A DNA stretch of 64,000 bases from Malacoraja senta. Lineage: Eukaryota. The stretch is taken from contig CM075979.1 of the NCBI GenBank assembly GCA_038087875.1, positions 45,446,001 to 45,510,000 of the forward strand. The letters run 5' to 3'. This document shows, in pieces, positions 10,816 through 22,200 of this stretch. Position 1 is the stretch's first letter. Every line of letters starts with the position of its first letter. The position numbers and the translations under genes were made by a program. Below the pieces are notes generated by a model. It was not told where the DNA came from, did not search any database, and worked only from the letters and a program-made list of their open reading frames with translations.

Positions 10816-11866
10816 GTTTGCCTCAGGGGTCTGTGTTGGGTCCACTGTTGTTTGTCATGTACATCAATGATCTGGATGATGGTGTGGAAAATTGGATTAG
10901 TAAGTATGCAGATGATACTAAGATAGGTGGTGTTGTGGGTAATGAAGTAGATTTTCAAAGTCTACAGAGAGATTTAGGCCATTTGGGAGAGTGGGCTGAA
11001 AGATGGCAGATGGAGTTTAATGCTGACAAATGTGAGGTGCTACATCTCGGCAGGACAAATCAAAATAGGGCGTACACGGTAAATGGTAGCGAATTGAGGA
11101 ATGCAGTTGAACAGAGGGATCTAGGAATAACTGTGCATAGTTCCCTGAAGGTGGAATCTCATGTAGATAGGGTGGTAAAGAAAGCTTTTGGTGTGCTGGC
11201 CTTTATAAATCAGAGCATTGAATATAGAAGTTGGGATGTAATGTTAAAATTGTACAAGGCATTGGTGAGGCCAATTCTGGAGTATGGAGTACAATTTTGG
11301 TCGCCCAATTATAGGAAGGATGTCAACAAAATAGAGAGAGTACAGAGGAGATTTACTAGAATGTTGCCTGGGTTTCAGCAACTAAGTTACAGAGAAAGGT
11401 TGAACAAGTTAGGTCTTTATTCTTTGGAGCGCAGAAGGTTAAGAGGGGACTTAATAGAGGTCTTTAAAATTATGAGCGGGTTAGACAGAGTGGACGTGGA
11501 TAAGCTTTTCCCATTGAGAGTAGGGAAGATTCAAACAAGGGGACATGACTTGAGAATTAAGGGACAGAAGTTTAGGGGGAACATTAGGGGGAACTTCTTT
11601 ACTCAGAGAGTGGTAGCTGTGTGGAATGAGCTTCCAGTGGAAGTGGTGGAGGCAGGTTCGATGTTATCCTTTAAAAATAGATTGGATGGGTATATGGACG
11701 GGAAAGGAATGGAGGGTTATGGTCTGAGTGCAGGTAGATGGGACTAGAGGGAAGTATTTGTTTTTAATTAAAAAAAATAAAAATTAAAAAAAATGTTCGG
11801 CACGGACTTGAAGGGCCGAGATGGCCTGTTTCCGTGCTGTTATGGTTATATGGTTATATGGTTATA
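10816..11866 (+). mobile_element. 5'-truncated CR1 LINE (second subfamily) with open ORF2 C-terminal part
   Basis: ORF 10818-11747 ([26 protein letters not shown]). Tail (gttatatg)n at ~11840-11866. Confidence 0.9.
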
Positions 11867-12861
11867 TCATGAGGGAAGTAATTTGGGTAAACGGGTTCCT
11901 TTACCCAGAGTAAGTTAGAGGACATAGATTTAAGGTGACAGGAATGTAAATAGTGTGGAAATGACAGACCTTGACGGAAGATATATGGACAGGAAGCGTT
12001 TAGAGGGCTAAGTGGCCAATGCAGGCAAATAGGACTAGCCCAGAATGCCAATCTGACCGGCATGGACAAGGAGAGCTGAAGAACATGTTTTTGTGCTCTA
12101 TGAATTGATAACTCTAAGTGATTGTCATTGCTTGTGCACCGTTCTGGCTTCCTATATGGTCCAAGTTCTCACAAGCATTTGAAAGACATTTGAAGGATAT
12201 ATAGATACTAAGGATTTAGAGGTTTATGGACCAAATATTGGCAAATGAGACTCGCTTAGATGGGGCAACTTGTCGGCATGGACAAGTTGGGCTGAAGGGC
12301 CTGTTTCTGTGCTATATGACTCTATGACGCTCCTGTTGATTCAACTCTTCACACGCTTGCTGAGTTCTCTTGAACCATTATGTAGCCAATAGCCCAGATG
12401 TTCATATCAATGAACTAAATTAATAAACTTCCCCTTTACAGTCAAAAAGCAAGCCACTCCCTCTCAGAAATGCAAAGTGGGGGATTGGCCATGAGCGGGA
12501 GGGGGGAGGGGAGAAAGGGGGAGAAGGGGAGAGAAGGGGGGAGAATGGGAGAGATGGTGGGGCAAAGGGGAGAGAAGGAGGGGAGAAGGAGTGGAGACAC
12601 TTTTAAGAAGCCAGACAACTTTTAATAAAGTTAAGCGGGCATTTAACATTACCGGTCGGTTTTCTTTGGTACTGAAAACTCGTGCTTACGTTTTTTTTCT
12701 CCCAATGAACCAATTAAAATGCCCTGTCAGCAATGGAGATTGCCTCCAGCTACCTCGACTACCTATAACTACATGGCGACCCCACTACCACTGCACTACG
12801 AGTTCAAAAGAACCATGCCGACCAATTTTTACTCGCTCAAATTTTCCTCGACCAAACTGAG

Positions 12862-13006
12862 GCTGCGAGTTTGCGGGAACTTCTCTCGAGCATGAAGGAG
12901 AGTTACAGTGACCTCCTAGGACCACGTGTCGACCATGCTGCGAGTTTATGGCGAGCGCAAACTCTTCTAAACTCGCAAATTAGGTTGCCATAGTGGGACA
13001 GGCCCT
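12862..13006. mobile_element. Harbinger MITE right end, about 200 bp upstream of the gene start
   Basis: TIR AGTGGGACAGGCCCT at 12992-13006 belongs to the same TIR family as 8808 and 17290. The left TIR was not found, so the start is approximate. Confidence 0.55.
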
Positions 13007-13081
13007 TTTTTACAATTGTTCTTGCCCTATTTAATTTCCTTATCACATGATCTTTATATTCTTCATTTAGCAAATCATTCA

Positions 13082-13096
13082 GTTACTTTCACTTCG
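13082..13096 (-). promoter_or_regulatory. Candidate IRF-binding element (IRF-E/ISRE-like) in the proximal promoter
   Basis: - strand GAAGTGAAAGTAAC, ~115 bp upstream of the ATG. An ETS-like GGAAGT lies at ~13128. Motif match only. Confidence 0.4.
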
Positions 13097-13209
13097 TATT
13101 GAATTGTACAAAGGTTGGTCTGGCCTAGGAAGTAAAATAGTGTTTCTACAATAACCAAACCGTTCATGGATATAACGGCCAGAAAATGGTGTGAAAGAGT
13201 GAAGCAAGG

Positions 13210-13258
13210 ATGAACATTCTGACTCTTTGCAGTGTGGTCTCATTTATTTCAGCATCAG
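13210..13258 (+). CDS. Exon 1, signal peptide [16 protein letters not shown]
   Basis: ATG, hydrophobic core and phase-1 donor G|GTGAAG. It sits in a non-repetitive island and joins in frame to the V exon (S-D-T-L-E). Confidence 0.75.
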
Positions 13259-16200
13259 GTGAAGTATTACTGATCACAGTTTGTCTTACCTTCTCTCTCT
13301 CTCTGTTACACTATACTCTGCACTCAGTTTTATTTCTCTTTTTGCACGACCTGTTACACTCATGTTTGGTATGTTTAGTTTAGTTTAGAGATACAGGGCA
13401 GAAACAGGCCCTTTGGCCCACCGAGTCCGCACCGTCCAGCGATTCCGTACATTAACACTATCCTACACACACTGTGGACAATTCTTTACACATACACCAA
13501 GCTAATGAACCTATAAACCTGCACATCTTGGAGTGTGGGAGGAGAGTGAAAATCTCGGAGAAAACCCACGCAGTCACAGGGAGAATGTACAAACTCCGTA
13601 CAGAGAACACCCGTGGTCGCGATGGAACCCGGGTCTCCAGCGCTGCACCACCGTATCGTACACACCTATGTGGTATGATCTTCCTGGATAGCATGCAAAG
13701 CAGAGCTTTGTGCTGTATCTCGGTACGCGTTAAACCAATACTAAAACCAATGCCGTTTTCCTTAAGAGGCATTAGAGGGGAACAAGCAGGAAATGGATGA
13801 ATATAGACCATATCCAGTTTAAATCGGCATTAATTTAAGGTAGCGGGAAGGAACTGCAGATGCTGGTTAACAACGAAGAGACGCAAAATGCTGGAGTAAC
13901 TCAGCGGGTCAGACAGCATCTCTGGAGAGAAGGAATGGAATCAATTTAACATAGTGATAAGGGGTGATCTTATAAGGGTGTACAAAATCACAAGAGAAAT
14001 GGATCAGGTAAATGCACAGAGTCTCTTGCCCGGAGGAGAGGAATCGAGAACCAGAGGATTTAGTTTTAAGGTGAGGAGGGAAAGATTTAATAGGAACCTG
14101 AGCGGGTTTTTCACACAAAGGGTGTTGTGTGTATGGAACAAGCTGCCGGAGGAGGTAGTTGAGGCAGGTACTATTGCGACATTTAAGAAACATTTAGACA
14201 GGTACATTGATAGGACAGGTTTAGAGGGAAATGGGCTAAACGCCGGCAGGTGGGACTAGTGTTGCTGGGACATGTTGGCCGATGTGCGCAAGTTGGGCTG
14301 AAGGGCCTGTTTCCACACTGTATCACTCTATGACTCTATCAAGATTGGCACAGACATTGTGGGCCAAAGGGCCTGTTCCTGCATTGTCTATCACAGTCAT
14401 ACTGCCATACAGCACAAAAACAGGCCCGTCGGCCTGACTCATCCACACTGATCTGGATGTCCCATCTACACTAGTCCCACCTGCCCGCATTTGGCCCATA
14501 TTCCTCTAAACCTTTTCCCATCCATATAACTGTCCAAATGTCTTTTACATTTTGTTTTGTAGTACCTGCTTCGACTACCTCCTCTGGCAGTTTGTTCCAT
14601 ACACCCACCATCCTGTGTGAAAAAGTTGCTTCTCAAGTTTCTATTAAATCTCACCCCCTCACTTAAACCTCTGTTCCCTGGTTATTGAAGATAGACACAA
14701 AATGCAGGAGTAACGCAACGAGACAGGCAGCATCTCTGGAGAGACGGAATGGGTGACGTTTCGGGGCAAGACCATTCTCCCTCTCCCCTGACATCAGTCT
14801 GAAGATACATTGATAAGGAAGTGTAAGGTGTGAAAATAGGACAAAGGGAATGTAGATCAAGGAAAATGTAGAATAGATCATTGTTAGCTGGAAGAAGGTA
14901 ACAACAAAGGAAACAGAGATAAAATGTAGTCGGAGATGTAAGACTGGTCGGAGAACTGGGAAGGGAGACGGATGGAGAGAGAGGGAAAGTAAGGGCTACT
15001 TGAAGTTAGAGAAGTCAATGTTCATACCGCTGGGGTGTAAGCTGCCCAAGCGAAATATGAGGTGTTGTTCCTCCAATATGCGCTGGGCCTCACTCTGACA
15101 ATGGAGGAGGCCCAGGACAGAAAGGTCAGTGTGGGAATGGGAGTGGGAGATAAAGTGATTCCCCTACTCTGGGTAAAAGACTCTGTGCATTCATCCTATC
15201 TCTCCCCCTCAGGATCTAATACACCTTTGTAAGATCACCACTCATCCTCCTGTTGTAGCCTGCCCAACCCCTCCCTGTAGTTCAAGCCCTGCAGTCTAGG
15301 TTCGATATTTGGTTAAGGGTTGCATTGTGGTGAAATAGTGGTGCACTGGAGTTCCTGGCTTGGATCCTGACTTCAAGATATGACAGTGGTGGTTAAGAGG
15401 CTTTTGGAGGGCACATGGATATGCAGGGAATGGAGGGATCACGTGCTGGCAGAGGAGATTAGTTTAATTTAACATCATATTCGTCACGGACACTGTGGCT
15501 GAAGGGTCTGTTCCCATGCTGTACTGTTCTATGCTCTATGTTTAAGTGCTGACTGTGTGGAGTTTGCATGTTCTCCTTGTGACTGTGTGGGCTGGTTAAT
15601 TGGCAACTACAAATTACCCCTCAGTGTAGGTGGGTGGCAGGAATACAGGGAGGGAGATGATGTATGTATTGATTAATAGATGATAAGGGAGGGGGGAATA
15701 CTGAGGCAGCATCCCTCCATACTGACAGCTTCGCTCTGTGCTAGCTGCCATAGACTCATGGACTGAATGGCCTTCTGCATATTGATTGATTGAAAGCTGC
15801 AGCCCTTTGGCCCACCGAGTCCATGCTGACCATCGATCACCCATTCACAGTAGCTCAATCCCACTTTAGCATCCATTTCCTGCACACCAGGGGCCAATTA
15901 ACCTCCAAGCCCGCACGCCTTGGTATGTAGCAATAAGTATTTGCATGACAAAGTACAAAATGAATGAAAGGTTGTACTGTCTATTTGTACATTTCTTATC
16001 AAAGTCCACTCTTTACTGATTGGCAAAGTTACAAATCAAGTGTAACATGATTTGTGATAAATGTCAGGACTTCATATTCAGATCCTGCAGTAACAATGGT
16101 AATGATAATAATGGAATGAGATACGAACAGTATAGCAGTGGTCCACAGAGACAGTTTACAGTCACCAGTTTGGCACTATTTCCAAGTCCCAGTTGTTGTG

Positions 16201-19200
16201 AGAGCAGGGTTCTTGACCCGACAATGAAGGCCCGTTGTGCTGACGGTGTTGCAGGGTCGACCTGGCCAAGTGTAGCCATGATGTTCTCCGCCACTGCTCC
16301 ACCGCTGTAGGCCGCATCCGGTCCACACGCTCCCCATCTTGGAGCGGCACCCAGTCCAACAAAGAGCAAAGAGTAGGAGTGAACGGGTCCTTTTCAGAAT
16401 GGCAGGCAGTGGCGAGTGGAGTGCCGCAAGGCTCGGTGTTGGGGCCGCAACTGTTTACCATATATATTAATGATTTGGAAGAGGGAATTAGGAGCAACAC
16501 TAGCAAGTTTGCGGATGACACAAAGCTGGGTGGCAGTGTGAACTGTGAAGAGGATGTTAGGAGGTTGCAGGGTGACCTGGACAGGTTGACTGAGTGGGCA
16601 GATGCGTGGCAGATGCAGTATAATATAGATAAACGTGAGGTTATCCACTTTGGCGGCAAACACAAGGGGGCAGATTAATTATCTCAATGGGGTTAGGTTA
16701 GGTAAGGGGGAGGTGCAGCGAGACCTGGGCGTCCTTGTCCTTGTACGGTCACTGAAAGTTGGCTTACAGATACAGCAGGCGGTGAAGAAAGCTAATGGAA
16801 TGTTGGCCTTCATAACAAGAGGATTTCAGTATAGGAGTAAAGAGGTTCTTCTGCAGTTGTATAGGGCTCTGGTGAGACCACATCTGGAGTATTGTGTACA
16901 GTTTTGGTCTCCTAATTTGAGGAAGGACATCCTTGTGATTGAGGCAGTGCAGCGTAGGTTCATGAGATTGATCCCTGGGATGGCAGGACTATCATATGAG
17001 AAAAGATTGAAAAGACTAGGCTTGTATTCACTGGAGTTTAGAAGGATGAGGGGATATCTTATAGAAACATATAAAATTATAAAAGGACTGGACAAGCTAG
17101 ATGGCAGGACAAATGTTCCCAATGTTGGGCGAGTCCAGAACCAGGGGCCACAGTCTTAGAATAAAGGGGAGGTCCTTTAAGACAGAGGTGAGAAAATACT
17201 TTTTCACCCAGAGAGTTGTGAATTTATGGAATTCCCTGCCACAGAGGGCAGTGGAGGCCAAATCACTGGATGGATTTAAGAGAGAGTTAAGGGCCTGTCC
17301 CACGGGCATGCGACTCCATGCGGCAAGCGGGACCTAACCGGAAGCGGGGGCCACGCGGGGGCCGCGCGGGGGCCGCACGGGGGCCGCGCGGAGGTCGAGT
17401 GATCCCCGTACAGGGCCGGTCGCACCAGCATGCGGCTGTATGCGGCAAGCGCGACCAAACCGGAAGCGGGGGCCGCGCGGAGGTCAATTGAGTGTCGCGG
17501 GAAGTACGCGACACTCAATTAGTGTGGCGTCAAGACGCTGTGTATGGCGTCGAGACGCTGCGTACGGTGTCGAGGCGCTGCGCACGCCTCGAAACCGTAC
17601 GTATTGCGTCGAAGCGGTGCGTACGGCGTTGAGGCGGGTGTGGGCTGGCAGGCCGTTGCCGCGCGGAATTTTTGAACACGGTCAGTTTTTCGGAGCCCCG
17701 CGCGATGTCAGGACCAGCTCCGCACAAATCCATACGGCTCCCGGCGATCGAAGTGGGACTGGCCCCGCGAGGCCGCACAGCTCAAGCGACCACGTTAGAT
17801 CGCGCTTGCCGCATGGAGTCGCATACCCGTGGGACAGGGCCTTTGGATAGAGCTATAGGGGCTAGTGGAATCAAGGGATATGGGGAGAAGCCAGGCACGG
17901 GTTATTGATAGGGGACGATCAGCCATGATCACAATGAATGGCGGTGCTGGCTTGAAGGGCTGAACGGCCTCCTCCTGTACCTACTTTCTATGTTTCTATG
18001 TTTCTATGTTTCTATGTTTCTATGTTTCTATGTAACCGAGCCCCAGGCTGTTGCAGGGCCTCCAGCGGCCCACTCCTCCATCGAGGCCGTGCACTCCATC
18101 CCGCAGCCCGCATGCTCACCGGCCCTCCTATCAGGGTGGGCTTTTCAGGCGGATTCACGTGGTGTGGGTTCTCGTGTTCCCTGTTCGTGTTCCTGGTCCG
18201 TGGGGTGGGTTCCTGTGTTCCCGATCTGTGGTGTGTTCCCGTGATCCCAGTCCATGTTCCCGTGATCCCAGTCCATGTTCCCATGTTTCCAGTCCGTGGC
18301 ATGTGTTTCCATGTTCCCAGTCCGTGTTCCCGTGTTGCCGGTCCGTGGCATGTGTTTCCGTGTCCCCAGTCCGTGGCATGTGTTTCCGTGTTCCCGGTCC
18401 GTGGCGTGTGTTCCCGTGTTCCCGGTCTGTGGCATGTGTTTCCGTGTTCCCAGTGCATGTTCCCATGTTCCCGGTCCGTGTCATGTGTTTCTGTGTTCCC
18501 AGTCCGTGTCCCCGGTCCATGGCATGTGTTCCCGTGTTCCCGGTCTGTGGCATGTGTTTCCGTGTTCCCAGTGCGTGTTCCCATGTTCCCAGTCCATGGC
18601 GTGTGTTTCCGTGTTCCCCGTCCGTGGCGTGGGTTCACGTGTGGACGCTGACAATGCTTCTCATAACTTTATATACTTTTATCAGGTCATCGGTATATAC
18701 GTCTTTCACAATTAATGTTTTTTATGCTTTTTTTAGATACCTTAGAGCTGGAGATATTTGCAAGTCCACTGATGGTATTTGTAAATGACAATGCGACTCT
18801 GAAATGCATGGTTACTGGGTCTGGAAACATTGACTTAAAAAAGATGGCAGTCAGATGGACCCTTAATGAGAAAACAGAAGTGTTTTCCTTTGAAGGAGGA
18901 ACTAAAGAGCGAAATCGATCTGGTGCCAATATTTCTGAGGCTGAATTACTGAAGGGAAATGCTTCAATTCATCTTCCAAAAGTCCAGATCTCTGACGATG
19001 GAATGTACACATGCACTGTGTTTATCGTTCCTGAAAGTGCCAGTCGCTTTTCAACAATGCACGTGTTAGGTAAGATTAACGATAACGTTCAGGAATATAA
19101 TTCCAAGAAAATGGTTTGGAAGTTTGAAACAAGGATGAACAGGGATTTAGATTCTTAGACCACTGGGATCTGCTTTGGGATAAGGGTGAATTGTACAAAA

Positions 19201-22200
19201 GGGACGGGTTGCACTTTAACAGGCGGGGAACCAGCATTCTGGCAGACAGGTTTGTCACTGCTACATGGGTTGGTTTAAACTAAATAATTGGGGGGGGGGG
19301 GGGGGGAGGAGAAAAATTGGAAATACAAGGATGGAGTTAAAGGGAGAGTACAGGAAAAGTTAAGAAAGACACCAGAATTAACGGGGCAGAAAGCTCACAA
19401 AGGGATAGGAGAGTATGGCCAAATTAAATAGGAATCGATGTGAAAGGTGAGGATAGCAATTGATTAAAAGTTTTATATATGAAGTATAAGAAGTAAAGTG
19501 GATGGGTTTGAGGCTCAGTTAGTGATTGGTAGATATGGCATTGTGGGGATTACAGAGACGTGGCTGCAGGAGGATCTGGCCTGGGAACCGAATATTCAGG
19601 GTTATACGTCCTATAGAAAGGACAGGCAGGTGGGCAGAGGAGGTGGGGTAGCTCTGTTGGTGAGGGATGAAATTCAGTCCCTTGCGAGGGGTGACATAGG
19701 GACTGACGATGTAGAGTCGCTGTGGATAGAATTGAGGAATTGTAAAGGTAAGAAGATATTAATGGGAGTTATCTACAGGCCCCCAAACAGTAGCCCGGAT
19801 GTAGGGTGTAAGTTGCAGCAGGAGTTAAAACTAGCATGTAACAAAGGTAATGCCACTGTGGTTATGGGAGATTTCAATATGCAGATAGACTGGGAAAATC
19901 AGGTTGGTTCTGGACCCAAAAAAGAGAGTTTGTGGAATGCCTCCGATATGGATTCTTAGAGCAGCTTGTACTGGAGTCAACCAGAGAGAAGGCAATTCTG
20001 GATTTGGTGTTGTCTAATGAACCAGATTTAAGAAGGGAACTCAAGGTAAAGGAACCGCTAGGAGGGAGTGACGATAATATGATTAGTTTTAATCTGCAAT
20101 TTGAGAGGGAGAAGTTTAAATCAGAAGTGTCAGTGTTGCAGTTGAACAAAGGGGACTATGAAGGCATAAGAGAGGAGCTGGCTAAGGTCGACTGGAAAAG
20201 GATCCTAGCAGGAATGACGGTGGAACAGCAAAAGCAGGAATTTCTGGGCATAATCCAGAAGATGAAGGATCATTTCATTCCAAAGAGGAAGAAAGATTCT
20301 AAGGGAAGTAAGAGGCGACCATGGCAGCAATGGAAGTTAGGGATGGAATAAAACTAAAGGAAAAGGTGTATAACATAGCAAAGAGTAGCGGGAAACCAGA
20401 GGATTGGGAAACTTTCAAAAGACAACAGATGGTAACAAAAAGGGCAATACGGGATTAAAAGATGAAGGAAGCTGGCCAAGAATATAAAGAGGAGAGTAAA
20501 AGCTTCTTTAGGTATGTTAAGAGATAAATATTAATAGGTGTGTCTGTCCTCTAGTAATATAACTGCCCAGTGACAGTGAATAGAACTGGTTCATATGACT
20601 CTCCATTAATGAAGCTTGATCATTGTGTTTTAATTCTTGTAATTTTTCTTTAAATCGTGTTTTTTAAAACAATTGTTACTTCACTCATTTTGATTTTCAA
20701 TGATGCAGACATTCCATGCGATGAATTCTCCCCTCTCTGCAACTTAACTGAACAGCGCAGGAACAAGCTATTCAGCCCACAATGTCTATTCTGAACATAA
20801 TGCCAAGACCATCTCTTATCTACCTGCACTTATGTGTAGTCCATATCCCTCCATTCCCTGCATATCCATGTGTTTATCAGTGCAGTAGATTTAGTTTATC
20901 GTCATATCAAGGTGTGCATTTTGTTGCTTTTGTTGTCTGCTAACCTATCAGTGGAAAGACAATTACAATTGAGCCATCTATAGTGTACAACTGGGTGAAG
21001 CAGGATCACCACGTACAGTTGGGAAGCAGTTGGGAAGGGGCGCGCCGCAGAAGCACAGAGGAAACACGCCGCGCGCGGGGCTCGGGCCACTTTGGCTTCT
21101 ACTGCGGTGCCCACCCAGCTTTGTCCCATATGCGGGCGAGCCTTCCGGGCCCAGATCGGACTCGCCTGTCACCTTGGGACCCACAAACAAAAACACTGAA
21201 GTCATGGACTTCTTCAACTACGAAGGACCAACAACAACAACAACAACAGATACATGATCAGAGAATAACATTTAGTGCAAGATAAAGCCAATAAAGTCCG
21301 ATCAAAGATAATCCGTGGATCATCAAAGAGGTAGATAGTAGTTCAGCACTGTTCCCTAGTTGGTGATAGGATGGTTCAGTTGCCTGATAACAGCTGGGAA
21401 GAAACTGTCCCTGAATCTGGAGATGTGCGTTTTCACACTTCTATATCCTTTGTCTGATGGGAGAGGGGAGCAGAGGGAGTGGCCAATGTGTGACTCGTCC
21501 TTGATTATACTGCTGGCCTTGCCGCGGCAGCGTGAGGTATAAATGGAGTCAATGGAAGGGAGGTTGGTTTGTGTGATGGTCTGGGCTGTGTCCACAATTT
21601 GCTGCAATATCGTGCGGTCTTGGTTCCAGCTGTTCCCAAACAAGGCGATAAAATGCTTCCCACGGTGTATCTGTAGAAGTTGGTGGGAGTTGCAGGGGAT
21701 GTTTTGGATGTACCTATCAAAAAGTCTCCTAAATGTCACAATCGTATCTGCCTCCACCACCACCCCTGTTAAAGTGCATTCCAGGCAAGTGTGTAAAAAC
21801 ACATCTCCTTTAAACGTTGCTCCTCTCACCTTAAAGCAGCGGCATCTAGTATTTGATATTTTCATCCTGGGAAAATGGTTCTGACTGTCTTCCCTACCTG
21901 TGCCTCTCATAATTTGATATACTTCAATCAGGCCTTTCTACAACCTCCGGCATTCCAGAGAAAACAATCCAAGTCTGTCCAAACTCTCCCTTAGTTAATG
22001 CCCTCGAATCCATCCATTCTGGTAAACCTCCTCTGCACCCTTTCCAAAGCCTCCAGACCCTTCCTGTAATGGGGTGACCAGAAGTGTGAAAACACACACC
22101 TCCAGATTCAGGGACAGTTTCTTCCCAGCTATTATCAGGCAGCAGAACCTTCCTACCACAAGTAGAGAGTAGTCCTGAACTACTATCTACTTCATTCATT

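Noticed and set aside
11870-16020. Many 60-120 aa ORFs here and in other introns
   Set aside because: All fall in short CR1/L2 3' ends, SINEs or Penelope fragments and are not listed individually.
17998-18788. Long Cys-rich and Thr/Gly-rich ORFs in several frames
   Set aside because: Minisatellite artefact; open in nearly all frames.
20983-21285. Poly-Gln / poly-Thr ORFs
   Set aside because: They are the (CAA)n tail of an RTE LINE; the true frame encodes the RTE C-terminal zinc finger.
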